Positions 20,369-29,351 of a stretch of DNA of 64,000 nt are shown here, one piece after another. A program made the position numbers and the translations under genes. A model generated the notes under the pieces. It ran no database searches, was not told the DNA's origin, and saw only the letters and a program-made list of their open reading frames with translations. This stretch comes from Theionarchaea archaeon (GTDB taxonomy: Archaea; Methanobacteriota_B; Thermococci; Methanofastidiosales; SZ-28-30), in the NCBI GenBank assembly GCA_018992685.1, contig JACVGT010000011.1:160001-224000 (forward strand), in the 5' to 3' direction. Position 1 is the first letter of the stretch; each line of letters begins with the position of its first letter.

Positions 20369-20999
20369 TTCTCAGACAAAGAAGAGAGAATTGAAGAAAG
20401 TTGCCCCCTCCCTGTACTACTGTACTCCAGATAGGCTGAAACGGTACCCCGCTGCATTGTGTTTCCAGAAGAGAAAAGTCAAAAAATACCGCCTTCAGCA
20501 GAGACAGAAGCATGTGGGTTACATCCTCATGTGGTACAGGATCGAAAATCACGCAGACAAGAACCGTAAAATCGTGCACCGCATGATCGAGAAATCGTTG
20601 GGATTCCCTGTTGCCCGCTCATTGATCGCCTTCCCCTATATACACTATGAGTCAGATATGCCCTTCCTATCTCCCCAGAGGATTTTCACCCGTGCCCAGA
20701 GCTTGGATATTAATATGTCCAGGGTTGGTGTCCTCACCCCCCTCGGGAAGACTCATGAACGCTTGCGAGAAAGAGCAGAGCACTATATGAGAAGCAAGTA
20801 CGAACATCTCATACGACGGGTCTTGAAAGCTCCTCATGACAGGAGGACACGGAGTGAGATTCGCCAGAGCTATAAGAAACTGAAGCACAAGGGAAGAACA
20901 TTATCTGCAATTCTAGGAACTGATGTAACAAAGTTGGAGAGAAAGACATATACTATCATCTGGAAGTGGGAAAAAATAGGACAGACACAAAAAAAATAA
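20349..20999 (+). CDS. Basic hypothetical protein, possible PaaX/ChrB-like (Cas2-like fold) domain
   Basis: GAGGTG RBS; overlaps tgtA end; ILMWYRI...RKIVHRMI...ARSLIAFP pattern; Lys/Arg rich. Confidence 0.55.
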   Translation: MPYVILDSQTKKRELKKVAPSLYYCTPDRLKRYPAALCFQKRKVKKYRLQQRQKHVGYILMWYRIENHADKNRKIVHRMIEKSLGFPVARSLIAFPYIHYESDMPFLSPQRIFTRAQSLDINMSRVGVLTPLGKTHERLRERAEHYMRSKYEHLIRRVLKAPHDRRTRSEIRQSYKKLKHKGRTLSAILGTDVTKLERKTYTIIWKWEKIGQTQKK

Positions 21000-21188
21000 A
21001 TGGAAAATTTTTGAGATTTTTATTTGCAAATGTGATATAAATCGGCGATCTGAAACTTATTTTTTATTAAAATCGATGAAGCTGCCTGTCCTGTTGATTT
21101 ATTCTTTTTTTATGCAATATTTGAAGTTTTGCGAGTGCAGCGAAAAGATTTTATAAACGGTAAAAGATCAAGGCGGGAGGTGATACAC

Positions 21189-21362
21189 ATGATACTGGAA
21201 TGCCCCATCTGTGATGCAACGATCACAATAAACAATCCCAAGGAAGGAGCCATTGTGGTATGCGAGGAATGTGATACAGAGTTCGAGCTTGTTCAGTTCG
21301 ATGATGAATGGGATCTCTTGGAAGTTGGAGAAGAAGACTGGGAAGAGGAAGAGGATTTCTGA
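21189..21362 (+). CDS. LysW-like zinc-ribbon acidic protein, copy 1
   Basis: 57 aa; CPIC...CEEC...ELV...EEDWEEEEDF; GGAGGTG RBS; own TATA. Confidence 0.8.
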   Translation: MILECPICDATITINNPKEGAIVVCEECDTEFELVQFDDEWDLLEVGEEDWEEEEDF

Positions 21363-21792
21363 TTTATCTTCCTTGACTTTTTTTATTTTCATGCATGGAG
21401 TTAGCTTCAAATCATTGCTTCTTAATTTTTGAATATCCTGATGAGTACAGACTTCTCAAGAAGACACGAATTGCTGAGTGGATTCTTGTGGGAAGACTAT
21501 GAGACGCTCTCTGTGAACTCTGTGTCTTGTGAATGCGGGCAGGGCGCACGCTGATGCTGTGAAAGCTTTTGATGGAATAATAGGACAGACACCGGGTAAC
21601 TTAGAATGACGAGAAAGAGGAGATTATGAGGTAGCTCCATATTGAGTGACATTCTGTAATTTATTTTTTCATTTTTATTATCCATGGTGCCGATAAGAAG
21701 GGTTAAATCCATCTTTTGACGTGTAACACCACGAGGAAATCAATAGAAAAGATTTTATAAACGGGCTAATCAACGCCACCGAGGTGTTCTAC

Positions 21793-21966
21793 ATGATGTT
21801 GGAGTGTCCAATTTGTGACGCCGCTATCAACGTGAAGAATCCACAAGAAGGAGATATCGTTACCTGCAAGGAATGCGATACAGAGTTCGAGCTTGTTCAG
21901 TTCGATGATGAATGGGATCTCTTAGAAGTGGGAGAGGAAGACTGGGAAGAGGATAAAGATCTCTAA
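21793..21966 (+). CDS. LysW-like zinc-ribbon acidic protein, copy 2
   Basis: 57 aa; CPIC...CKEC...EEDWEEDKDL; GAGGTG RBS; own TATA. Confidence 0.8.
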   Translation: MMLECPICDAAINVKNPQEGDIVTCKECDTEFELVQFDDEWDLLEVGEEDWEEDKDL

Positions 21967-22060
21967 TCTGTCTTCCTTCTTTTATTTTTGTTCTTCTATC
22001 GAGAAAGGATTGCCCAGGCTGGAGGTCAGTGTCAATTGCATCTGGCTGAAAAGCAGATGA

Positions 22061-23407
22061 TCATGCCATTCTTCTTCTGTACAGTGCTGCAATTATCAAA
22101 GTTATTGAAAGTCCTGCTATTCCAGCTATCCAGTATGGATTGATCCATTCTCTGCCTTTTTCTGGTGAGGATACTTTTGTCGGAACAGGAGACACAGAAG
22201 AAGGGGTGATTTCTCGTGGGGAAGAAGATTCAGGAGGTTCAGGGCTGGGCGTGTCAGGAGGTACGTAGCCAGGCACACCATAACAGTGGACAATCCCATC
22301 CACCGATCCGATGTAGAGGGCACCTCCTGCAATTGCAGGGGAAGATTCGGCAATTTCTCCTGTTTCCATAAGCCAAACTAGCTCACCGGTCTCCCCTTCA
22401 AGACAATATACGTATCCATCATGAGACCCGATGTATACCTTCCCATCGACTGCAGCAGGAGATGAGTCGATATCGTCGCCTGTTTCATAGGACCACACTA
22501 GCTCGCCACTATCACTATCGAGACAATATACAAAGTTATCCCCTGATCCAATATACACGTTCCCATTCATTACCGCGGGTGAGGAATACACAATTTCCTC
22601 TCCAGTATCAAACACCCAGACCAATTCCCCGGTATATGCATCAAAACAATAGAAATAGGAGTCACAGCAAGGATACACATACGAGCCAAAATATACTTTA
22701 CTTCCGTAGACTGTGGGAGAGGAACGCACTCTGACATAGTGTTCTCCCATTGAGTAAGACCAGAGAAGCTGGCCTGTATCTGCTGAGAGGCAATAGACGA
22801 TAGTGTCTCGAGCACCTACAAAAACTCTTCCATCATAAACAGCAGGAGAGGAAGCGATCCATACTCCCGTCTCATAGGCCCAGAGGACTTCTCCCGTATC
22901 TGCTGAAAGGCAATATACCTTTGTATCCCCAGACCCTACGTATACTTCTCCTTCCACTACAACAGGTGAAGTCCACACTGCCTGACCAGTTCTGTATGTC
23001 CAGACTGCCTCTCCTGTCTTCGCATCAAGACAGTACACCGAATGGTCATTCGACCCAATGTACACCTTTCCATTGCTCACAGCAGGAGAAGATACCACTT
23101 CACCTTCTGTCTGGTATGTCCAGACTGCCTCTCCTGTCTTCGCATCAAGACAGTACACCGAATGGTCATTCGACCCAATGTACACCTTTCCATTGCTCAC
23201 AGCAGGAGAAGATGCCACAGCACCGCCCGTTTGATACGTCCACAGCTCCTCCAATTTGTCAGGCAGGCTACACTGAGAATATCCTGTGTGTACAGCATTC
23301 AACCTGAACATGGGCCAATCACAGAATGTCTGAGACATGCACCATGAACTGGCATATCCAGCACACAATACCAGTACCAGGACACTGACTCCGCATTTCC
23401 ATTTCAT
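22061..23407 (-). CDS. Secreted PQQ-type (BamB-like) beta-propeller protein with C-terminal TM anchor
   Basis: Signal peptide; WPMFR; about eight SSPAV..G.VYIGS.D..VYCLD..TGE.VW repeats; Pro/Ser linker; TM plus RRR. Confidence 0.9.
   Translation of the reverse strand: MKWKCGVSVLVLVLCAGYASSWCMSQTFCDWPMFRLNAVHTGYSQCSLPDKLEELWTYQTGGAVASSPAVSNGKVYIGSNDHSVYCLDAKTGEAVWTYQTEGEVVSSPAVSNGKVYIGSNDHSVYCLDAKTGEAVWTYRTGQAVWTSPVVVEGEVYVGSGDTKVYCLSADTGEVLWAYETGVWIASSPAVYDGRVFVGARDTIVYCLSADTGQLLWSYSMGEHYVRVRSSPTVYGSKVYFGSYVYPCCDSYFYCFDAYTGELVWVFDTGEEIVYSSPAVMNGNVYIGSGDNFVYCLDSDSGELVWSYETGDDIDSSPAAVDGKVYIGSHDGYVYCLEGETGELVWLMETGEIAESSPAIAGGALYIGSVDGIVHCYGVPGYVPPDTPSPEPPESSSPREITPSSVSPVPTKVSSPEKGREWINPYWIAGIAGLSITLIIAALYRRRMA
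22994..23213. repeat. Perfect 100-bp direct repeat with 120-bp period inside the beta-propeller gene
   Basis: 22994-23093 is identical to 23114-23213. Confidence 0.95.
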
Positions 23408-23816
23408 AGTATCGCCTTCTGTCTGCTGATAGATGGCATAATTTGGGCTCTATTTAAACCTTTTGTGGGGTCAGTGCAATGGGAAGATCGTGAGCATAGG
23501 TCATCAATTCAGGCTGCCCAGGGTTACCCCAGTGTTCTATCATTGCTGGTCCTCCCGATTTTTCAGTTGACGGTGGATAATTCCATTTCGATTAGTTTCA
23601 AACAGCAGGAAAACTCAGAGTCCTGGATTGTTGATTGTACTCTTGAACTGGAACCTACCATTCTTCGAGGCAGGAAGACCTCCGTCTCTTGTGTATCCAC
23701 CGAGTCTCAGATGTTTAAAAGAACGTATGAAGAGGGAAATTGACTCTCTTGAGTCTAGGAAGGGCAGAAAGCATGCTTCGTTGAGTGCATCTGTCCAGAA
23801 TACCTGCACACAATGA

Positions 23817-24884
23817 CTATTCCTTCCTTTCTGTGCGCACGTTGTAGACGATCCACCACACTCCACATGAGAGAGCTATTGATAACACTATCGACGTGAT
23901 TAGTGCCCTCTCCACGAAGGCATATGGGTTCTCCGCGTACGATACGTGGAATATCACCTTCTGGATCAGGGAACCGGTCCTCATCACGTACTCTTCATGA
24001 ACGATTCTGTCCTGTTCAGAATGAATGTGGGGATACAACCTGTTGGTCGATCTTGTAATGCCTGCAGCTGGTATTCCTTTTCTGTTGAAAGGGACATGAT
24101 CACTAAATAGAGGGCCAATAGAGGGGGTTCCCTCATCTGATAGTCCATATATGAGCTGTGCAAGCCAGAATGAGGCAAACCTGTGAGATCTCAAGCAGGA
24201 AATGTGAAGATCTTCCCCTACACCCACTGTATCAACGCAGATTACGCCTTTCAGATTCGTCTGAAGAGCATCTGCCATGTCGGTGGACTCTGTCAATCCC
24301 TTTTCTTCGCCCGTAAAGAAGGTGATCATGAGCGTGTTCTTGGGAGATTCAGGGATATCCAATTCCAGCAGGATAGCCACTCCTGAAGCATTGTCATCTG
24401 CACCCGGGGAGTCCTCCACCGTGTCAAAGTGAGCACAGAAGAGAAAGGATTCCTCTTTTTCTCCCTGGATTGTGGCTGTGACGTTTGTGTGGTATTCTGG
24501 TGATAATCCCTTCTGGTGTAATATTCTTTCAATGTAGGAAGCAGCCTCCTCTTCTTTTTCACTGGAGTAGGGCCTGGGGCCAACAGCTGTGGAAAGATAA
24601 TCTACGTGGATGAGCGGATCCCCTGTGTACGACAAACTGTAGTCAGGTGCAAACCATGAGGTTAGAGGGGAGATGGTCAGAAAGAAGAAGACAAATGAAA
24701 AAGTTGTTACAAACAAGAGAGATTCAGTCCATTTCTTATGTGCAACAACGTTGAAAAACCACAGTAAAACCAGAAAGAGTATCAGTTCATGGACCATATA
24801 GATGTAATATGGGAAGGGATACCCAACAACAAGTGAGGAGACAATGGTGGCCAGCAACACTGAGAGGGCTAAGAAAGGTTTCAC
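23817..24884 (-). CDS. Membrane-bound M28 family metallopeptidase
   Basis: CAHFDT, GADDNASG, GEEKGL, SDH, IHSEQD; flanking TMs. Confidence 0.88.
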   Translation of the reverse strand: MKPFLALSVLLATIVSSLVVGYPFPYYIYMVHELILFLVLLWFFNVVAHKKWTESLLFVTTFSFVFFFLTISPLTSWFAPDYSLSYTGDPLIHVDYLSTAVGPRPYSSEKEEEAASYIERILHQKGLSPEYHTNVTATIQGEKEESFLFCAHFDTVEDSPGADDNASGVAILLELDIPESPKNTLMITFFTGEEKGLTESTDMADALQTNLKGVICVDTVGVGEDLHISCLRSHRFASFWLAQLIYGLSDEGTPSIGPLFSDHVPFNRKGIPAAGITRSTNRLYPHIHSEQDRIVHEEYVMRTGSLIQKVIFHVSYAENPYAFVERALITSIVLSIALSCGVWWIVYNVRTERKE

Positions 24885-25134
24885 AAGAGGAAATTGAGGA
24901 GATACCTTTTATGGCTTGCGCCCTTGGATTCTCGTCTGCCGGTACATGGTGGATACTTTCGCAAGATGCTTCCTCTCTTACTCGATTCGGGGCACTGGTT
25001 CCTGAAACTGACATCCTGAAGGTTCCTATCCTATCTGCTCGACCGTCACGCCACAAGAAAGTCTCGACACCGTAAGAAGCCTATTATCTCAGGGACCCTG
25101 TTTCTTGTGGAAACTGCGTAGACTTGAGATGGAT

Positions 25135-26037
25135 TCAGGTCAAAAACAGGAGCAGTACTGTCAGTGAACCGATGCTGGCTATGGTAGATGTCAGAACTGC
25201 ACTGGAAACAAATCCGGGTTCTGCATCGAATTCAATGGCAATCAAGACAGAATTAATGGCCGTAGGCATGGAACATTCAACAATCAAGATACTCCGCAAT
25301 ACACCCTCTATTCCCATTAAACTGGTGAGAGCAACGCCGATAAGAGGAGATAGCCCCAATCGCAAGATATTAACCAGTAAGAGTGATTTGAAATCTTTGT
25401 TCATATGCGTATTGCAGAGTTGAATACCCAGAAGCACCATGCACACGGGGATGGCGGCAGATCCCAGGAGGCCGACTGATTTTCCCACGAAAGAGGGAAC
25501 TTCTACATGGAGTGAGCTGATGAGAGATGCTATTACTACTGCATATATGAGTGGGATTTTGAATACGTTCAGAAAGGACTCCTTGAAGCTGGACTTACCC
25601 CTAGATGCGATGTACACGGCAAGCGTGTACATGATGATTGATCCATACATCATGTAGGCCAGCGCACTGATTGTTCCTTCTTCACCAAAGGCAAAGGTGC
25701 ACAAGGGGACGCCATAGTTGCCTGAGTTGGTAAAGAGGACTGACAGGAGGAATGCACTCTCTACAGTCTTCTCCAGATTGAGAAGTCTACAGGCTGTGAG
25801 GGATATGATGTAGAGGATTCCCGTAAACCCCACCACGAAGACTCCAATAACTGCTAGGCTGCCCAGGACATCTCTGTCTATGAACGTAGTGAAGACTAGC
25901 GAAGGAAGGAGGATATAGATACTGAGGTGGGCTATGGAACGTGTGTCCGGGTTCTTGGTCTTACCCAGCAGGACACCAATCCCAAATATAAGGAATATGG
26001 GGAAGAGTACGTCCATGAGCACCTGGATGAGGTCCAT
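25135..26037 (-). CDS. AEC (auxin efflux carrier) family transporter
   Basis: NSGNYGVPL; MPTA; about ten TM. Confidence 0.9.
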   Translation of the reverse strand: MDLIQVLMDVLFPIFLIFGIGVLLGKTKNPDTRSIAHLSIYILLPSLVFTTFIDRDVLGSLAVIGVFVVGFTGILYIISLTACRLLNLEKTVESAFLLSVLFTNSGNYGVPLCTFAFGEEGTISALAYMMYGSIIMYTLAVYIASRGKSSFKESFLNVFKIPLIYAVVIASLISSLHVEVPSFVGKSVGLLGSAAIPVCMVLLGIQLCNTHMNKDFKSLLLVNILRLGLSPLIGVALTSLMGIEGVLRSILIVECSMPTAINSVLIAIEFDAEPGFVSSAVLTSTIASIGSLTVLLLFLT

Positions 26038-26367
26038 GGGTAGGCGTTGTGATGGGTCTTAAAAAGATTGTGGGTATTCACTCCATCTTGCATGGTAAAG
26101 GACTGAGTCGTACCATCCGTATAATCAGAAATCAGGGAACGACAAACGGTAGTAGCGAATGGATCAGTCTTTACAAACAGCAAGTTGAAGTCAGAGATCC
26201 GTACGTATGCGTCCGGACATGAATCTTCATTTTATGTCCTTTTATTTTTTATTATCATTTCCATTATTCTTAAAAAGAAATTTTCATCATCATTCTAAAT
26301 GTCGTGTGCGGTTTTTTTATTAATTATCCACCGACTTTGAAATCGGGTCGCGAAATTCGCAGAGTCC

Positions 26368-26382
26368 GCAAGCTTTATAAAG
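26368..26382 (+). promoter_or_regulatory. BRE/TATA promoter with no convincing downstream ORF
   Basis: GCAAGC-TTTATAAA matches other promoters in the window; palindrome GCGAA-A-TTCGC at 26350-26360 just upstream. Confidence 0.6.
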
Positions 26383-26404
26383 AATGGAGCCCTCTACTTA
26401 TTAT

Positions 26405-26540
26405 AACTGGAAGGTACTGGTTGGAAGGGTAAATCCCCCCGAGGCTCAACAAACCATTGCCCCCATAACCTTCTTCTCAAACACTGAGGCCTCTCAGCGG
26501 AGAGCCCATATTCCAACTCTCCTTCCGACTTCTGCTTTTC
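26405..26540 (+). ncRNA. Candidate structured ncRNA of unknown family (about 120-135 nt)
   Basis: Nested pairings GGAAGG 26409-14/CCTTCC 26521-26, GTTGGAA 26420-26/TTCCAAC 26511-17, GGGT/GCCC, GAGGC-TCA/TGA-G-GCCTC; starts about 30 nt after TATA; pyrimidine tail; strand not certain. Confidence 0.5.
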
Positions 26541-26581
26541 ACGAGATACTCTCTCTGCTGGTGGGTAGAAGGTCATGATCC

Positions 26582-27058
26582 TCATTCTCCATCAAAGGTG
26601 AACAGATCCACGATCCTCCTGGCAGGCTCAAATGCTTTGCAAAATCGTCTCAGACCTGGTACTGCTTCAATCTGTCCCCTTTCATCCCTGTAGGCATGCA
26701 GTCCATCAGGGAATACCAGGTCTCTGCGATCCTTATTGGCGAATGCTACAATGACACTGACAATATACACTGTATTCTCCTGGGGATCGGGAAGGTTCAC
26801 CGTTTTATCATAAGATATATCAGTGATATCCACACCGTCAACAGTTTCGGAACGCCTCTCAGTTTCTTTCACTCGCGCCACCTTTCCACTTCGTGGAATT
26901 ATGATATCCTTTTCACCCTGTCGGATGACCACATCATGAGGGGTTAAATTTATGAGGACGGGTTTTTTCTTTTCAAAAAGGCTCTTGACTTTCTGAAAGA
27001 CCTTTGAAAAAAGGTTGAAAGCCTGCTTTGTGCTATCTGAAAACAAATCCCAACTCAT
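26582..27058 (-). CDS. NLTPH-motif protein, possible Crn4-like ring nuclease
   Basis: LINLTPHDV...IPRSGKVARV...LPDPQENTVYIVS...RRDLVFP...RDERGQI; TATA spacing favours a leaderless ATG at 27058. Confidence 0.6.
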   Translation of the reverse strand: MSWDLFSDSTKQAFNLFSKVFQKVKSLFEKKKPVLINLTPHDVVIRQGEKDIIIPRSGKVARVKETERRSETVDGVDITDISYDKTVNLPDPQENTVYIVSVIVAFANKDRRDLVFPDGLHAYRDERGQIEAVPGLRRFCKAFEPARRIVDLFTFDGE

Positions 27059-27195
27059 GACGAGATGTTCTTCCATGACATCTTAAAGGTTTCCCACCGT
27101 CCTTTCTCCCTCCTGACAAGGGGTTCACATCCCCTCTCACCGACCTGAAGTGGATCAGCACCCAACCCTTTTATGTGACGACTCAAACACTGATC

Positions 27196-27738
27196 ATGCT
27201 CACGCAAGAACAAGGCCAGTACCTGGTAAATCTAGCCAGGAAAAATATTGCTCACTTTCTCAAGACTGGAACAGCACTTCCTATCAACGGCTTTCCCACC
27301 ATTCTCAACGAGAAAAGAGGTGTATTCGTCACTCTCAAGAAGAACGAGCATCTCAGGGGCTGCATCGGGTATCCAGAGCCTGTCTACCCTTTAATCGAGG
27401 CACTCTTGGATTCTTCGATTTCTGCAGCGGTGAGAGATCCCCGGTTTCCACCTGTTACCGCCTCTGAAATGGAGACTGTTACTGTGGAGGTTACTGTCCT
27501 GACAGAACCGACCCCCATCAAGCCAGATCCTGCCAACGTCACTATTGGAAAGGACGGTCTCATGATAGAACAGGGTATGTTCAAGGGCATCCTTCTCCCC
27601 CAGGTACCCGTGGAATGGGAGTGGGATTCTGAAGAATTCCTTTGCCAGGCGTGTATCAAGGCAGGACTCCCTCCAGATTGTTGGCTGGACAAGAAAACTG
27701 TCGTCTACGCATTCCAGGGTCAGATCTTCTCTGAGTGA
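27196..27738 (+). CDS. AMMECR1 domain protein
   Basis: GVFVTL, LRGCIG, DPRFPP, GILLPQV, KAGL. Confidence 0.92.
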   Translation: MLTQEQGQYLVNLARKNIAHFLKTGTALPINGFPTILNEKRGVFVTLKKNEHLRGCIGYPEPVYPLIEALLDSSISAAVRDPRFPPVTASEMETVTVEVTVLTEPTPIKPDPANVTIGKDGLMIEQGMFKGILLPQVPVEWEWDSEEFLCQACIKAGLPPDCWLDKKTVVYAFQGQIFSE

Positions 27739-27835
27739 GAGTTCATATTTTCCGGAAAGCGTAGGCTTTGCATGCTTTTCTTACATTACCCAAAGTGAAG
27801 AGAAACCTTTATATACAGGGATACCCAACGTACAT

Positions 27836-29197
27836 ATGCACACCCCTGAAGACATTGTTGACTTTTGTGAAGAAAGAAACATCCGGCTCATAAAATTACA
27901 GTTTGCTGACCTCGTGGGAGAACTGAAACAATTCGAGGTTCCTCTCAAGATCTTTCCCAAGGCACTTGAAGAAGGACTGAGCTTTGACGGTTCATCCGTC
28001 ACGGGGATGAACCCCGTGGAGGAAAGTGACCTGGTGGTAAAACCTGATGTGTCCACGTTTATTGAACTGCCTCTGGCAAGACAGAATGGAAAAGAGAAAG
28101 ACAGACCCCGGGTGGCCCGTGTCTTGTGCAACATCTATGAACCTCAAAATGGCAGCCTCACGCGACATCCAGGTGATCCTCGGTTTGTTTTACAGAAGAA
28201 TTTAGAATATGCTCTGAAAAAGGGATTCATCTACAATGTAGGCCCTGAGCTGGAATTCTTCATGTTCGAGCAGGATGGAGTCGCCAGGGTAACAGACTCA
28301 GGCGGGTACTTTGCTTCACCCTTCAGAGACCGTGGTGAGCGTGTCAGGGAGCAGATTATTGGGATTCTCTCCGAGTTGGGCAACCAGACAGGGATTGAGG
28401 CCGAGTATTCCCACCATGAGGCAGCCTTCTCGCAGCATGAGATTGATCTCAACTACGCAGAAGCACTGAAGATGGCAGATTTCACCATGTTATATAAGTG
28501 GATTGTGAAATTCATAGCAGAGCAGAGCGACATGGTGGCTACCTTCATGCCGAAGCCCATTGAAGGTATCAATGGCTCTGGCATGCATATCCACCAGAGT
28601 CTGGCAAATGAGAAAGGGGATAACCTGTTCTTTGATTCCCGGAATGACTACGGGCTGTCAGATATTGCCAGGCAGTTTATTGCAGGACAGTTGAAATATG
28701 CACGTGAAATATGCGGCATTCTGGCCCAGTGGGTGAACTCATATAAGCGGCTTATCCCAAATTTTGAGGCCCCCACCTATGTCTCCTGGTCTGTAGTGAA
28801 CAGGTCTGCTCTCATCAGGGTACCTTTGTCGTTGAAGAATAGAGAGAAAGCAGCAAGAGCAGAAATTCGGTGTGCAGATCCTGCGTGCAATCCGTACCTG
28901 GTCTTCGCTGTGCTGCTGAGGGCAGGGCTCAAAGGCATTGAGGAAGGATTGGAACTTGAAAGTCCCCAGAAAGACAATTTATACAACTTAGGATATCAAG
29001 AGCGGAAAAAACGGGGCATCATAGATTTGCCGGGAAGCCTGGGAGAAGCCATCAGAGAAGTTGAAAAGTCAGAGCTTGTCAGACAGGTACTGGGAGGGGT
29101 TATCATGGATAACTGGATCGCCCTGAAGGCGGAGGAATGGGCCAACTACAGAAAGAAAGTCCATCCATATGAGTTAGAGGTATACTACCACCTCTGA
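27836..29197 (+). CDS. glnA: Glutamine synthetase type I
   Basis: FDGSS, GPELEFF, HHE...QHEI, FMPKP..GINGSGMH, NRSALIRVP, NPYL. Confidence 0.95.
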   Translation: MHTPEDIVDFCEERNIRLIKLQFADLVGELKQFEVPLKIFPKALEEGLSFDGSSVTGMNPVEESDLVVKPDVSTFIELPLARQNGKEKDRPRVARVLCNIYEPQNGSLTRHPGDPRFVLQKNLEYALKKGFIYNVGPELEFFMFEQDGVARVTDSGGYFASPFRDRGERVREQIIGILSELGNQTGIEAEYSHHEAAFSQHEIDLNYAEALKMADFTMLYKWIVKFIAEQSDMVATFMPKPIEGINGSGMHIHQSLANEKGDNLFFDSRNDYGLSDIARQFIAGQLKYAREICGILAQWVNSYKRLIPNFEAPTYVSWSVVNRSALIRVPLSLKNREKAARAEIRCADPACNPYLVFAVLLRAGLKGIEEGLELESPQKDNLYNLGYQERKKRGIIDLPGSLGEAIREVEKSELVRQVLGGVIMDNWIALKAEEWANYRKKVHPYELEVYYHL

Positions 29198-29351
29198 TCT
29201 TCTTTTTTCGGATCTTCCTTTATCAATGCTTCCCACTCCTTCTTTCTGGTTTACACATTGTAGGACAGACCCAACCCTTAAGAAGTATCTACTCTTATGA
29301 CTAACAGAGATCAAAATCGAGAATTTCCTTTGAAATAACGGAGGTGATGGA

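Larger units (their letters stand above)
21143..21990 (+). repeat. Direct duplication of a promoter-gene-terminator unit (period about 604 bp)
   Basis: GAAAAGATTTTATAAACGG precedes both genes; 47 bp identical at 21273-21319 and 21877-21923; similar T-rich tails. Confidence 0.9.

Noticed and set aside
21436-21480. CTGATGAG...CGAA hammerhead-like or C/D-box-like sequence
   Set aside because: Lacks the GAAA core and flanking stems; box C to box D spacing is too short, with no C'/D' boxes
26405-26540. Mini-CRISPR reading of the 36-nt loop
   Set aside because: The flanks are inverted rather than direct repeats, and no repeat-spacer periodicity was seen anywhere in the window
26384-26585. 64-aa (+) and 63-aa (-) ORFs over the RNA candidate
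   Set aside because: The plus ATG lies 3 nt after the TATA, upstream of the expected start site; neither ORF has protein-like features
1905-27118. Recurring TCCCACC..CTGACA-like word (near 1905, 7840, 18434, 27092)
   Set aside because: Short and degenerate; largely explained as reverse-strand Shine-Dalgarno-like GGTGG sequence
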